From assembly GCA_030849285.1 (NCBI GenBank), contig CP102982.1:60001-92000 (forward strand): 32,000 nt of DNA, given 5' to 3'. Position 1 is the stretch's first letter. Each line of letters opens with the position of its first letter. The notes beneath the pieces are model-generated. The model saw only the letters and a list, made by a program, of their open reading frames with translations, was not told the origin of the DNA and made no database searches. Positions 1 through 11,136 of this stretch are shown here, in pieces. Made by a program: the position numbers and the translations under genes. This DNA is from Candidatus Saccharimonadota bacterium. GTDB lineage: Bacteria; Pseudomonadota; Gammaproteobacteria; Enterobacterales; Enterobacteriaceae_A.

Positions 1-969
1 AAAAAATTAAAATGTGTATTTTTAGCAGATTCAGGTTCTGTTGCAATTGAAATTGCGTTAAAAATGGCATTACAATATTGGCAATCAAAGGGTGAATATC
101 GAAAAAAAGTTTTAACATTAAAACAAGGTTATCATGGAGATACTTTTGGAGCTATGTCAGTATGTGACCCAGAAAATTCAATGCATAATATATATAAAAA
201 ATATTTAACAACACATATTTTTGCTGAATCACCAAAATGTAAATTTAATAATATTTGGGATAAAAATGATATTAATTCTTTTAAATATTTAATAAGTAAA
301 CATTCAAAAGAAATTGCTTGTGTTATTTTAGAACCAATTGTACAAGGAGCAGGTGGGATGAAAATTTATAATCCAAATTATTTAAAAAAAGTAAGTGAAT
401 TATGTAAAAAATATAAAATTTTACTAATATTAGATGAAATAGCAACAGGGTTTGGACGTACTGGTAAATTATTTGCATTCGAACATTCAAAAATTATACC
501 CGATATATTATGTTTAGGAAAATCATTAACAGGAGGATATATGACTTTATCTGCTACTATTACTACAAAAAAAATTGCAAATATTATAAGTAATAATAAA
601 TCTGGTTGTTTTATGCACGGTCCTACTTTTATGGGTAATCCATTAGCATGTTCAGTTGCTAATGCGAATATAAAAATTTTAAATAAAAATAAATGGAAAA
701 AAAAAGTTAAATATATAGAAAATTATTTTAAAAAAAAATTAATACCATTAATAAATTATGATAAAATATTAGATATAAGAATATTAGGTGCAATTGGAGT
801 AATAGAAACATTTAATTTTATTGATACAAATAAAATACAAAGATTTTTAATTAATAATGGTGTTTGGGTTAAACCATTTAGAAAATTAATATATTTAATG
901 CCACCATTTATAATAAAAAAAAAAGAATTAAAAATTTTAATAAATTCAATAATAAATTTATTCAAATAA
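1..969 (+). CDS. bioA: Adenosylmethionine-8-amino-7-oxononanoate aminotransferase (biotin pathway); 5' end lies off the window
   Basis: Frame 1 is open from base 1: KKLKCVFLADSGSVAIEIALK precedes the listed ATG at 64. DSGSVA..ALQYW, EPIVQGAGGM, DEIATGFGRTGK, the PLP-lysine context CLGKSLTGG and LIYLMPP are collinear with E. coli BioA as I recall it. TAA stop at 967-969. Confidence 0.93.
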   Translation, partial: KKLKCVFLADSGSVAIEIALKMALQYWQSKGEYRKKVLTLKQGYHGDTFGAMSVCDPENSMHNIYKKYLTTHIFAESPKCKFNNIWDKNDINSFKYLISKHSKEIACVILEPIVQGAGGMKIYNPNYLKKVSELCKKYKILLILDEIATGFGRTGKLFAFEHSKIIPDILCLGKSLTGGYMTLSATITTKKIANIISNNKSGCFMHGPTFMGNPLACSVANANIKILNKNKWKKKVKYIENYFKKKLIPLINYDKILDIRILGAIGVIETFNFIDTNKIQRFLINNGVWVKPFRKLIYLMPPFIIKKKELKILINSIINLFK

Positions 970-1101
970 TTAAATTAATTTTAAATTTTTTATTAATAAT
1001 GTAATTTTATAAAAATTATTTTATTAAAAAATATAATATAAATTTATTTTAATTTAATTAAATTTAAATATTTTCAAATATTAAAATATTAAGAGAAAAT
1101 A

Positions 1102-3675
1102 ATGAATAAAAGTACTTATAGTATTAGAAAAAAATTTCTTAAATTTTTTAAATCTAAAAATCATAAAATTTTAAAAAGTAGTAAACTTATATCCAAAAAC
1201 GATAAAACTTTACTTTTTACAAACTCAGGTATGAATCAATTTAAAAATATTTTTTTAGGATTAGAAAAAATTAATTATTCACGTATTGCAACATCTCAAC
1301 GTTGTATTAGAGTAGGAGGTAAAAATAATGATTTAGAAAATGTAGGGAAAACTACATATCATCATACATTTTTTGAAATGTTAGGAAATTTTAGTTTTAA
1401 TGATTATTTTAAATTTGATGCTATTAATTATGCATGGGAATTATTAACTAGTAAAAATTGGTTTAATTTACCTAAAAAAAATATATTAGTTACTGTATAT
1501 GCTTCTGATAATGAAACATTTAATATATGGAAAAATAATATTAAATTAAATAAAAAACAAATAATTCTTATTGGTGATAATAAAAATATACCATTTAAAT
1601 CTGATAATTTTTGGGAAATGGGTGTAAATTATCCATGTGGGCCTTGTACTGAAATTTTTTACGATAAAGGTAATAATTTTAAAGGAAGTTTACCAGGAAA
1701 AAAAAAAAAAAATAAAAATGAAAGATATATTGAAATTTGGAACATTGTATTCATGCAATTTATTTATGAATATAATAAAACCATAAAACCATTATCTACT
1801 TTATCAATAGATACTGGTATGGGTTTAGAAAGAATATCATCAATAATACAAAAAGTAAATTCTAATTATGAAATTGATTTATTTAAAGAAATAATTAATA
1901 AAATAAAAAAAATTTCTAATTATAAAAATATTAATAAAAAATCAATTTATATTATAGCTGACCATATTCGTTCATCCGCATTTTTAATTTTAGATGGTGT
2001 TATTCCGTCTAATGATGGTAGAGGTTATATATTACGTAAAATAATAAGAAGAGCAGTTTTACATGGTAATAATTTAGGTATTAAAAAAATTTTTTTTTAT
2101 AAATTAATAGATAACTTAACTAATATTATGGAATATAAAATTTATCATTTAAAAAAAAAAAAAAAACAAATTAAAAATATAATTAAAAGAGAAGAAATAA
2201 AATTTTTATATACTTTAAAAAATGGATTACATTTATTAAATTTAAATTTAATTAAATTAAAAAATAATAATATTAACAATAATACATTAAGTGGAAAAAT
2301 AATTTTTTATTTATATGATACTTACGGTTTTCCATTTGAATTAATAAAAGAAATTTGTAATGAAAGAGGTTTTAAAATTGATAAATTTAATTTTAATATT
2401 TTAATGAATAAACAACGTTTAAAATCATTAAATTCAAATAAATTTTTAATTAAAAATAAAAAAATAATAAATTATAATTATTTAAGTATTTTAAATAAAC
2501 ACAAAAAAATAAATCAAAAATCAAAAATTATCGCTATTTTTTATAATTCTTATTTAGTTAATGAAATATTTTATAATGATGATGCTATTATAATATTAAA
2601 TATTACTTCATTTTATAATAAAACAAAAGAACAAAATGGAGATCAAGGATTATTAATAAATTCAAATACTATATTTTTTATATATGATACAAAAAAACAA
2701 GGTAAAACAATTTTACATTTAGGTAAAATAATTAAGGGAAAACTAAAGAAAAATCAAACTATTAAAGCTATTATTAATAATAAATATCGAATTAATATTT
2801 CAAAAAATCATTCTGCTACTCATTTATTATATAAATCTTTAGTTTTTTTATATGGTAAAAATATTATTAAAAAAAGAACTTTTGCAAATAGTAAATATTT
2901 AGAATTTGATTTTTTAAATAATTATAAAATTAAAACAGATGAATTTAATAATATAGAGAAATTAGTTAATAAAAAAATAATGCTAAATTTAATAATAAAA
3001 ATTAAAAAAAAAAAAGAAAATAAAAATATAATAAAAATAGGTAATTTTTCAAAAGAAATATGTGAAGGAACACATGTAAAGTACACAAGTGAAATAGGTT
3101 TATTTTTAATAAAATCAAAATATTATGTATCAAATAATATATTAAGAATTATTGCAGTAACAGGTAATTATGCATTAAAAATTATACAATTTAGAAATAA
3201 TTTAATTAAAAAAATTACAAAATTACTTAATACTAATAATAAAAATGTTAATAATATTTTAAATAATATTTATAATAAAAGAAAACAAAATAAAAAATAT
3301 AACAAATATATATTAAAAAACATATATTTTAATTTATTTAAAAAAATAAATTTATTTTATGGGATTAAATTAATAATAATTGGTATTAAAATTATTAATT
3401 TTAAATTATTAATTAATTCTTTAAATAATATTAAAAAAAAAATAGATACATCAATAATTATTTTAATATTTAAAAAAAAAAATATAATAAATTTAATAAT
3501 ACAAATTACAAATGATCTTATAAAATTTATAAAATTAAATTTAATAATAAAAAAAGTAATTAAAAATTTTGGAGGTTATGGTAAAATTAATAAGAATTTA
3601 TTAAAAATAGAAATTAATAATATTATAATATTAAATAAAATTTTAAAATATATTTTAAAAAAATTTAAAACATAA
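1102..3675 (+). CDS. alaS: Alanine--tRNA ligase
   Basis: 857-aa ORF. LLFTNSGMNQFK, SQRCIRVGGKNNDLENVG, HHTFFEMLGNFSF, CGPCTEIFYD, RYIEIWNIVFMQF and DTGMGLERI are present. Editing-domain motifs NHSATHLL and ICEGTH are present, as is the C-terminal GG motif (NFGGYG). AAGAG Shine-Dalgarno-like sequence lies upstream. Confidence 0.96.
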   Translation: MNKSTYSIRKKFLKFFKSKNHKILKSSKLISKNDKTLLFTNSGMNQFKNIFLGLEKINYSRIATSQRCIRVGGKNNDLENVGKTTYHHTFFEMLGNFSFNDYFKFDAINYAWELLTSKNWFNLPKKNILVTVYASDNETFNIWKNNIKLNKKQIILIGDNKNIPFKSDNFWEMGVNYPCGPCTEIFYDKGNNFKGSLPGKKKKNKNERYIEIWNIVFMQFIYEYNKTIKPLSTLSIDTGMGLERISSIIQKVNSNYEIDLFKEIINKIKKISNYKNINKKSIYIIADHIRSSAFLILDGVIPSNDGRGYILRKIIRRAVLHGNNLGIKKIFFYKLIDNLTNIMEYKIYHLKKKKKQIKNIIKREEIKFLYTLKNGLHLLNLNLIKLKNNNINNNTLSGKIIFYLYDTYGFPFELIKEICNERGFKIDKFNFNILMNKQRLKSLNSNKFLIKNKKIINYNYLSILNKHKKINQKSKIIAIFYNSYLVNEIFYNDDAIIILNITSFYNKTKEQNGDQGLLINSNTIFFIYDTKKQGKTILHLGKIIKGKLKKNQTIKAIINNKYRINISKNHSATHLLYKSLVFLYGKNIIKKRTFANSKYLEFDFLNNYKIKTDEFNNIEKLVNKKIMLNLIIKIKKKKENKNIIKIGNFSKEICEGTHVKYTSEIGLFLIKSKYYVSNNILRIIAVTGNYALKIIQFRNNLIKKITKLLNTNNKNVNNILNNIYNKRKQNKKYNKYILKNIYFNLFKKINLFYGIKLIIIGIKIINFKLLINSLNNIKKKIDTSIIILIFKKKNIINLIIQITNDLIKFIKLNLIIKKVIKNFGGYGKINKNLLKIEINNIIILNKILKYILKKFKT

Positions 3676-3688
3676 TTATTTTAAATAA

Positions 3689-3773
3689 TACCCGGAGCGG
3701 GAATTGAACCCGCACAACTTTAAAAGTTAAGGGATTTTAAGTCCCTTGTGTATACCAATTTCACCACCCGGGC
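3689..3773 (-). tRNA. leuZ: tRNA-Leu (anticodon UAA), long variable arm, CCA not encoded
   Basis: Reverse complement is GCCCGGGTGGTGAAATTGGTATACACAAGGGACTTAAAATCCCTTAACTTTTAAAGTTGTGCGGGTTCAATTCCCGCTCCGGGTA. The anticodon stem-loop is AGGGA-CTTAAAA-TCCCT and the T arm is GCGGG-TTCAATT-CCCGC. It is near-identical in layout to E. coli leuZ as recalled. Confidence 0.95.
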
Positions 3774-3796
3774 TATTTTATTTAAAAATTTAAAAT

Positions 3797-3867
3797 AAGC
3801 GCGTTCCGGAATCGAACCGGACTATTCGGATTTGCAATCCGCTACATAACCACTTTGTTAACGCGCT
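3797..3867 (-). tRNA. cysT: tRNA-Cys (anticodon GCA), discriminator U73, CCA not encoded
   Basis: Reverse complement is AGCGCGTTAACAAAGTGGTTATGTAGCGGATTGCAAATCCGAATAGTCCGGTTCGATTCCGGAACGCGCTT. The anticodon loop is TTGCAAA and the T arm is CCGGTTCGATTCCGG. The order cysT then leuZ on the same strand matches the E. coli glyW-cysT-leuZ operon, but no glyW is seen upstream. Confidence 0.95.
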
Positions 3868-4090
3868 ATTTTAATATTAATTGATTAAATTTAATAATTA
3901 TTATAAAACATTTAAAATAATAATATATTATATTAGATTTTTAAATTTATTAAATAAATAAATTTTATATGATTTAAATAAATAATAATTATTTATATAT
4001 AATATTTTAAATATTATTAATTAAATTATAAATTTAAAAATTTTAAAAATAAAATCTAATTTTAAATATTTTGTTATTTAAATAATTTTA

Positions 4091-4519
4091 ATGAAAACAT
4101 TTATAGTTAAAAAAAACGATCTTAAAAAAAATTGGTATATTATTGACGCTAAAAATAAAATTTTAGGACGTTTAGCTTCAAAAATAACTAAAATTCTAAT
4201 GGGAAAACATAAAGTAAAATATACAACACATTTAGATAATGGTGATTATATTATAGTTTTAAATGCTAATAAAATTATCATTACAGGTAATAAAAAAAAT
4301 AATAAAATATACTATAGACATACTGGATACATTGGAGGAATTAAAAAAAAAACTTTTAAAGAAATGCTTTTATATTATCCAGAAAAAATAATTAAAAACG
4401 CAGTTAGAGGTATGTTACCTAAAGGTCCATTAGGACGTATAATATTTAAAAAATTAAAAGTTTTTTCAAGTAATAATCATTGTCATTTTGCACAAAAACC
4501 TAAAATAATTAATATTTAA
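4091..4519 (+). CDS. rplM: 50S ribosomal protein L13
   Basis: 142 aa. MKTF..WY.IDA..K.LGRLAS, GDYIIVLNA, GNK, YY.HTGYIGGIK and GMLPKGPLGR are collinear with E. coli L13. rpsI follows 19 nt downstream, as in the rplM-rpsI operon. Confidence 0.97.
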   Translation: MKTFIVKKNDLKKNWYIIDAKNKILGRLASKITKILMGKHKVKYTTHLDNGDYIIVLNANKIIITGNKKNNKIYYRHTGYIGGIKKKTFKEMLLYYPEKIIKNAVRGMLPKGPLGRIIFKKLKVFSSNNHCHFAQKPKIINI

Positions 4520-4538
4520 TATATATGAGAACAAATTA

Positions 4539-4931
4539 ATGAATAATTATCAATATTACGGTACAGGTAAACGAAAAACTTCAATTGCACGTATTTTTAT
4601 GAAACTAGGTAATGGTAAATTTATTGTAAATAATAATAATTTAAATGAATATTTTACTAATAAAAATACTCAATTAATAATTTATAAACCTTTAAATTTA
4701 GTTAATTTAATTAATATTATGGATTTATATATTACAGTTAAAGGGGGAGGGATTTCAAGTCAAGCAGAAGCAATAAAGTATGGTATAAGTAAAGCAATTT
4801 TAAATTATAATAAAAATTTACGACATATACTTAAAAAAGAGGGTTATATAAGTAGAGATTCAAGAAAGGTAGAAAGAAAAAAACCAGGTTTTAAAAAATC
4901 AAGGAAAAGGTCTCAATTTTCAAAACGTTAA
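4539..4931 (+). CDS. rpsI: 30S ribosomal protein S9
   Basis: 130 aa. YYGTGKRKTSIARIF, the VKGGGISSQAEAIKYGISKA segment, and the C-terminal RDSRKVERKKPGFKKSRKRSQFSKR are typical of S9. Confidence 0.97.
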   Translation: MNNYQYYGTGKRKTSIARIFMKLGNGKFIVNNNNLNEYFTNKNTQLIIYKPLNLVNLINIMDLYITVKGGGISSQAEAIKYGISKAILNYNKNLRHILKKEGYISRDSRKVERKKPGFKKSRKRSQFSKR

Positions 4932-4957
4932 TATTAATTTAATAAATTTAAAAATAT

Positions 4958-6409
4958 TTATAATATAGGATTAAATAAAAAAAAAAAAAACTCAATTATC
5001 ATATATATATAAGATCTACTTTTCCATTTTTCAAAATTAACAAATTGAGATTTTTTAATATATTTTTTTTGAATTTGAGATATAATATTATTAAAATTAT
5101 TATCTTCAATTACTAATGTAATTTCTGAATTTAAACAAAAACTTCTTATATCAAAATTAACAGTTCCAATTATACTAACTTTATCATCAATTAATAAACT
5201 TTTTGTATGTAATAAATATTTTTTAAATTCATAAATTTTAACACCAGATTTTAATAAATTAGTATAAAAATATTTACTAGCCCATAATGCCATTAATGAA
5301 TCATTATATTTAGGTAATACAATAATAACTTCAACTCCTTTTAATGATACATCGCAAATTGCTTTAATTAAATTATTAGTTGGAACAAAATAAGGAGTTG
5401 TAATAACTATTTTTTTTTTTGCTGAATATATAGCAGTTAAAAATATTTTATGTATTATTTTTTTTGAAATATTAAGTGTAGAAGATATAATATGAAAATT
5501 TTGATTTTTTTTATGATAAAAAGATTTTTTAATATTTTTATATTCTTTTTCATATATAATTCTTTTACCAGTTTCCATTTCCCAATCAAAACCATAAATA
5601 ATACTCATTATATTACAAATTTTACCTTTAAATCTTATCATTATATCAATAAATTTATTAATTTTATTTTTATAATAATTATTATCAATCATATTCATAC
5701 TCCCAATATATACTATATTATCAATTAAAATTATTTTTTTATGTTGACGAATATCAATACGTCTTATAAAAAAATTAAATATATTTAATTTAAATGCTTT
5801 AACTACTTCAATTCCAGCATTACGCATTACTTTAGGATATTTACTATAAAAAAAATTAAAACACCCAATTGAATCTAAAATAATTCTACAACATAAACCC
5901 CTTTTAGATGCATTTATTAAAGCTTCAGTAATTTTATCTACCATACCACCTTGTTTCCATATATAAAAAACCATTTCAATTTTATATTTTGCGGATTTTA
6001 TATCAGAAATTATTTTTTTAAATATTTTTTTTGTATTTGAGAATATTTTAAAATCTTTTTTTTTTAAAAAAATATTAATTTCATTAACACCATTTTCTTT
6101 AATTAATAAATTAAATAAAGGTATTGCAACTGTATAATTTTGATTGTTAGATTTTTTTTGTTTTTTTTTAATTTCCTTTATTATATTATTTATTAAAGAT
6201 TTAATAATATTAATTTTTTTATTTTTAAATTTATTTAAAAACATTTCAAATAAAATTATATATAAAAAAAAACTTAAAATAGGAAATATATATATTATAA
6301 TAAATAAAAATATAATATATAATTTTGAAATACATTTTATTAAAATACGTTCTACTAATATTATAAAAAAAAAAAAAAAAAAAAAACTAAAATTTAAAAA
6401 ATTAATCAT
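4958..6409 (-). CDS. clsA: Cardiolipin synthase A (two PLD/HKD motifs)
   Basis: 483 aa. Two HKD motifs are present: RQHKKIILIDNIVYIGSMN and LLHTKSLLIDDKVSIIGTVN. IEMVFYIW, RNAGIEVV, TTPYFVP and the C-terminal F..NPIL are collinear with E. coli ClsA (486 aa as recalled). The N-terminal membrane segment is encoded through a 22-nt homopolymer. Confidence 0.92.
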   Translation of the reverse strand: MINFLNFSFFFFFFFIILVERILIKCISKLYIIFLFIIIYIFPILSFFLYIILFEMFLNKFKNKKINIIKSLINNIIKEIKKKQKKSNNQNYTVAIPLFNLLIKENGVNEINIFLKKKDFKIFSNTKKIFKKIISDIKSAKYKIEMVFYIWKQGGMVDKITEALINASKRGLCCRIILDSIGCFNFFYSKYPKVMRNAGIEVVKAFKLNIFNFFIRRIDIRQHKKIILIDNIVYIGSMNMIDNNYYKNKINKFIDIMIRFKGKICNIMSIIYGFDWEMETGKRIIYEKEYKNIKKSFYHKKNQNFHIISSTLNISKKIIHKIFLTAIYSAKKKIVITTPYFVPTNNLIKAICDVSLKGVEVIIVLPKYNDSLMALWASKYFYTNLLKSGVKIYEFKKYLLHTKSLLIDDKVSIIGTVNFDIRSFCLNSEITLVIEDNNFNNIISQIQKKYIKKSQFVNFEKWKSRSYIYMIIEFFFFLFNPIL

Positions 6410-6511
6410 ATTTTAACCTTTTATTTAATTTTTAAAAAATAAAAAAATTTTAAAAATTTAATTTTTATTATTAAAAATATTAAATTATATTTTTATTTTA
6501 AGAGGAATTAT

Positions 6512-8251
6512 ATGCGTACTGAATATTGTGGAAATTTAAATATATCACATATTAATAAAAATGTAACTTTATGTGGTTGGGTTAATAAAATAAGAAATTT
6601 TGGTAATTTAATATTTATTGATATAAGAGATTGTAAAGGTATAGTTCAAATTGTATTTAATTCTATTAATAAAACTATCTTTAATAAAGCTTTAAAATTA
6701 CGTAATGAATTTTGTATTCAAATTAATGGTATTGTTTGTAAACGCCCATTTAAACAAATTAATAAAATAATTAAAACAGGAAAAATAGAAATTTTCTGTA
6801 ATTTTTTAAATATAATAAATACTTCAAAAAAAATACCATTAAATTTTAATAAAAAAAATTTAGAAGAAATAAATTTAAAATATAGATACCTTGAATTAAG
6901 AAAACCAGAAATGATTAAACGTTTTAAAATAAGATCTAAAATATGTAATTATATTAGAAATTATTTAAATAAAAATAATTTTATTGAAATTGAAACACCA
7001 ATATTAACTAAATCAACCCCAGAAGGTGCTAGAGATTTTTTAGTTCCTAGTAGAATTAATAAAGGCAAATTTTATGCATTACCACAATCTCCTCAAATTT
7101 TTAAACAATTACTTATGATATCAGGATTTGATCGTTATTATCAAATAATTAAATGTTTTAGAGATGAAGATTTAAGATCAGATCGTCAACCTGAATTTAC
7201 ACAAATTGATATAGAAACTTCTTTTTTAAATTCTAAAAAATTAATAAAATTAATGGAAAAAATGATTTGTAATTTATTTTTAAAAATTAATAAAATTAAT
7301 ATTAGTAAATTTAAAATAATTACATTTTCAGAAGCATTAAGACGTTATGGGTCTGATAAACCAGATTTACGTAATCCAATAGAATTAATAGATTTAAAAG
7401 ATATATTTATTAAAACAAATTTATTAAAATATTTACCTAAAAAATTTTATAATAATAATAATAGCATTATTGGTCTTAAAATACCTAATATTAAAAATAA
7501 AAATGTTATTAAAATTTTAAATTATAATAAAATTATAAATAATAATAATTTACTATGGTTTAAAATATATAATATATCTAAAAATTTGAATGGTATTAAA
7601 GGTAATGCTTTAAAATTTTTAAATAAAAAAATATTAGAATTAATATTTAAACGTACTAAATCAAAAAATGGAGATATAATAATAATAGGAAGTAATAATA
7701 ACAAAAATATTTATAATATAATGGGTAATTTACGTAAAAAAATAGGTAATATATTAAATTTAATAAATTTAAATGATTGGTCAACATTATGGGTTATAAA
7801 TTTTCCTTTATTTAAAAAAGATAAAAATAATAAAATAAATTCTAAACATAATCCTTTTTCAAATCCATATATAAACAATATTGATAATTTAATTAATAAT
7901 CCAATATCTTTTTATAGTAATTCTTATGATATGATAATAAACGGACATGAGATTGGCGGCGGTTCTGTAAGAATTAACAATAGAAAAATACAAAAAAAAA
8001 TTTTTGATATTCTTAATATTAAAAAATATAATATTAAAAATTTAAATTTTTTATTAGATGCATTTAAATATGGTGTACCATATCATGCAGGTATAGCCTT
8101 TGGTTTAGATAGATTAGTTATGTTATTAACAAACACAAAAAATATTCGCGATGTTATTGCATTTCCAAAAACAACATCTGCTAAATGTTTAATGACAAAT
8201 GCTCCAAGTAAAATAGAATTAAATATTTTAAAAGAATTATTTAATAAATAA
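6512..8251 (+). CDS. aspS: Aspartate--tRNA ligase
   Basis: 579 aa. MRTEYCG, LCGWVN, KYRYLELRKPEM, TPEGARDFLVPSR, FYALPQSPQIFKQLLM, DRYYQIIKCFRDEDLRSDRQPEFTQIDIE, GGGSVRI, GLDRLVMLLT and IRDVIAFPKT are present. A strong AAGAGGA Shine-Dalgarno lies 6 nt upstream. Confidence 0.97.
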   Translation: MRTEYCGNLNISHINKNVTLCGWVNKIRNFGNLIFIDIRDCKGIVQIVFNSINKTIFNKALKLRNEFCIQINGIVCKRPFKQINKIIKTGKIEIFCNFLNIINTSKKIPLNFNKKNLEEINLKYRYLELRKPEMIKRFKIRSKICNYIRNYLNKNNFIEIETPILTKSTPEGARDFLVPSRINKGKFYALPQSPQIFKQLLMISGFDRYYQIIKCFRDEDLRSDRQPEFTQIDIETSFLNSKKLIKLMEKMICNLFLKINKINISKFKIITFSEALRRYGSDKPDLRNPIELIDLKDIFIKTNLLKYLPKKFYNNNNSIIGLKIPNIKNKNVIKILNYNKIINNNNLLWFKIYNISKNLNGIKGNALKFLNKKILELIFKRTKSKNGDIIIIGSNNNKNIYNIMGNLRKKIGNILNLINLNDWSTLWVINFPLFKKDKNNKINSKHNPFSNPYINNIDNLINNPISFYSNSYDMIINGHEIGGGSVRINNRKIQKKIFDILNIKKYNIKNLNFLLDAFKYGVPYHAGIAFGLDRLVMLLTNTKNIRDVIAFPKTTSAKCLMTNAPSKIELNILKELFNK

Positions 8252-8268
8252 TAATAATAAATTTAAAA

Positions 8269-8296
8269 TTGACATTTTTATATTTTATATTAAGAT
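8269..8296 (+). promoter_or_regulatory. Candidate sigma70 promoter for gapA (TTGACA-N16-TAAGAT)
   Basis: A perfect -35 hexamer TTGACA lies at 8269-8274, followed by a 16-nt spacer and TAAGAT at 8291-8296, about 80 nt upstream of the gapA ATG. In DNA this A+T-rich the -10 match is weak evidence. The G/C-containing -35 is the more informative part. Confidence 0.3.
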
Positions 8297-8368
8297 TTAA
8301 ATAATTAATATTTTAAAAAATAAAATAATTTAAAATATATTAAGATATTTTATAAAAAATAAAATTAA

Positions 8369-9376
<1,008 letters not shown>

Positions 9377-9425
9377 TACATATAAAAATAAAATATAAAT
9401 AAATTATTAATTAAATAAGGAATAT

Positions 9426-9749
9426 ATGAAAAATATTATTATAGTAGATAAAAATAATTTTAATTTAAATGTTTTAAAATCAAAATGTCCTGTATTAGTA
9501 GATTTTTGGGCAGAATGGTGTGGTCCATGTAAAATAATTTCTAATAATTTAAAAGAATTATCTAAAGATTTTTTAAATAAAATAATAATTGCTAAAATTA
9601 ATATTGAAAAAAATCCAGAATTTTTACAAAAATATAACATTAGAAGTATTCCCACACTAATTTTATTTAAACAAAAAATAATTATAGGAAAAATAATTGG
9701 AGTTACTTCTAAAGAAAAAATAAAAGATTTTATATTTAAAAATTTATAA
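9426..9749 (+). CDS. trxA: Thioredoxin 1
   Basis: 107 aa. VLVDFWAEWCGPCK active site and IRSIPTLILFK are present. AAGGA Shine-Dalgarno lies 5 nt upstream. It sits directly upstream of rho, as in E. coli (trxA-rhoL-rho). Confidence 0.96.
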   Translation: MKNIIIVDKNNFNLNVLKSKCPVLVDFWAEWCGPCKIISNNLKELSKDFLNKIIIAKINIEKNPEFLQKYNIRSIPTLILFKQKIIIGKIIGVTSKEKIKDFIFKNL

Positions 9750-9904
9750 AATTATTTTAAATTAAATATTTAAATAAATTAATAAAATATATTATATTTA
9801 AAGTATTTTATAAATACATTTAATAATTATTTACTTATTATTCATTATATTTTAAAAATATAATAAATAATTTTATAACATATTTAAAATATGGAATTTT
9901 AAAA

Positions 9905-11086
9905 ATGTTTAAAAAAAAAAAGTATTTACCTATTTTTAGAAATTATAGAAAAAATTTTACAAATATTTATAAACATGGTGTTTTGGAATTATTTAAAAAA
10001 GGATATGGATTTTTAAGATCTATAAATAATTCTTATGTATCTAGTAATAATGATATTTATGTATCACACAATATAATAAAACAATTTAAATTAAGAACGG
10101 GTGATTCAATTACTGGTAAAATTAATTACGATGTTAAAAAAGGTCTTTTCCCGGCACTATCTGAAATAAAAGAAATAAATGGGGAAAAACCGAAATTTAA
10201 AAAAAAAAATATTTTTTTTGAAAATTTAACACCATTACATACAAATAAAAAACTTATTATGGAACAAGGAAATGGTTTAATTTCAGATTTAACTTCTCGT
10301 ATTTTAGATTTAGCTTCACCAATTGGAAGAGGACAAAGGGGGTTAATTGTTGCCCCTCCAAAAGCAGGTAAAACAATGTTACTACAAAATATTGCACAAA
10401 GTATTGTACATAATCATCCAGATTGTTTTTTAATTGTTTTATTAATAGATGAACGTCCAGAAGAAGTAACAGAAATGTTAAGATTAGTTAAAGGAGAAAT
10501 TATAGCTTCAACTTTTGATGAACCTGCATCTAGACATATTTATATTTCCGAAATGGTATTAGAAAAAGCTAAAAGATTAGTAGAACAAAAAAATGATGTT
10601 ATTATTTTATTAGATTCAATTACAAGATTAGCACGTGCATATAATTCAATAGCTCCAGTATCGGGAAAAATATTAACGGGAGGTATAGATTCAAAAGCTT
10701 TACATAAACCTAAAAGATTTTTTGGAACAGCTAGAAATGTAGAAGAGGGAGGTAGCTTAACTATTATAGCTACTGCTTTAATAAATACTGGATCAAAAAT
10801 GGATGAAGTGATTTATGAAGAATTTAAAGGGACAGGAAATATGGAATTACATTTATCAAGAAGAATATCAGATAAAAGAGTTTTTCCAGCTATAAATTAT
10901 AATAGATCTGGAACTCGTAAAGAAGAATTATTAACAACAATTGAAGAACTTAAAAAAATGTGGATTTTAAGAAAAATAGTAAATATGATGGATGAAACAG
11001 ATGCAATTGAATTTTTATCTAAAAGATTATCAATGACTAAAACTAATAAAGAGTTTTTTAATATAATGGAAAAAAAAAATATTTAA
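9905..11086 (+). CDS. rho: Transcription termination factor Rho (N-terminally shortened relative to E. coli)
   Basis: 393 aa. [25 protein letters not shown], the Walker A segment [85 protein letters not shown] and [16 protein letters not shown] are present. Confidence 0.96.
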   Translation: MFKKKKYLPIFRNYRKNFTNIYKHGVLELFKKGYGFLRSINNSYVSSNNDIYVSHNIIKQFKLRTGDSITGKINYDVKKGLFPALSEIKEINGEKPKFKKKNIFFENLTPLHTNKKLIMEQGNGLISDLTSRILDLASPIGRGQRGLIVAPPKAGKTMLLQNIAQSIVHNHPDCFLIVLLIDERPEEVTEMLRLVKGEIIASTFDEPASRHIYISEMVLEKAKRLVEQKNDVIILLDSITRLARAYNSIAPVSGKILTGGIDSKALHKPKRFFGTARNVEEGGSLTIIATALINTGSKMDEVIYEEFKGTGNMELHLSRRISDKRVFPAINYNRSGTRKEELLTTIEELKKMWILRKIVNMMDETDAIEFLSKRLSMTKTNKEFFNIMEKKNI

Positions 11087-11136
11087 TTATATATTTATTT
11101 TATTAATATAAATAAAAAATTTAACATTAATAATTA

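Noticed and set aside
9827-9904. An open in-frame stretch upstream of the rho ATG as a possible longer Rho N-terminus with a non-canonical start, by analogy with rlmN.
   Set aside because: Its translation ([26 protein letters not shown]) shows no resemblance to the Rho N-terminal helix bundle. It also contains no better start context than the ATG at 9905.
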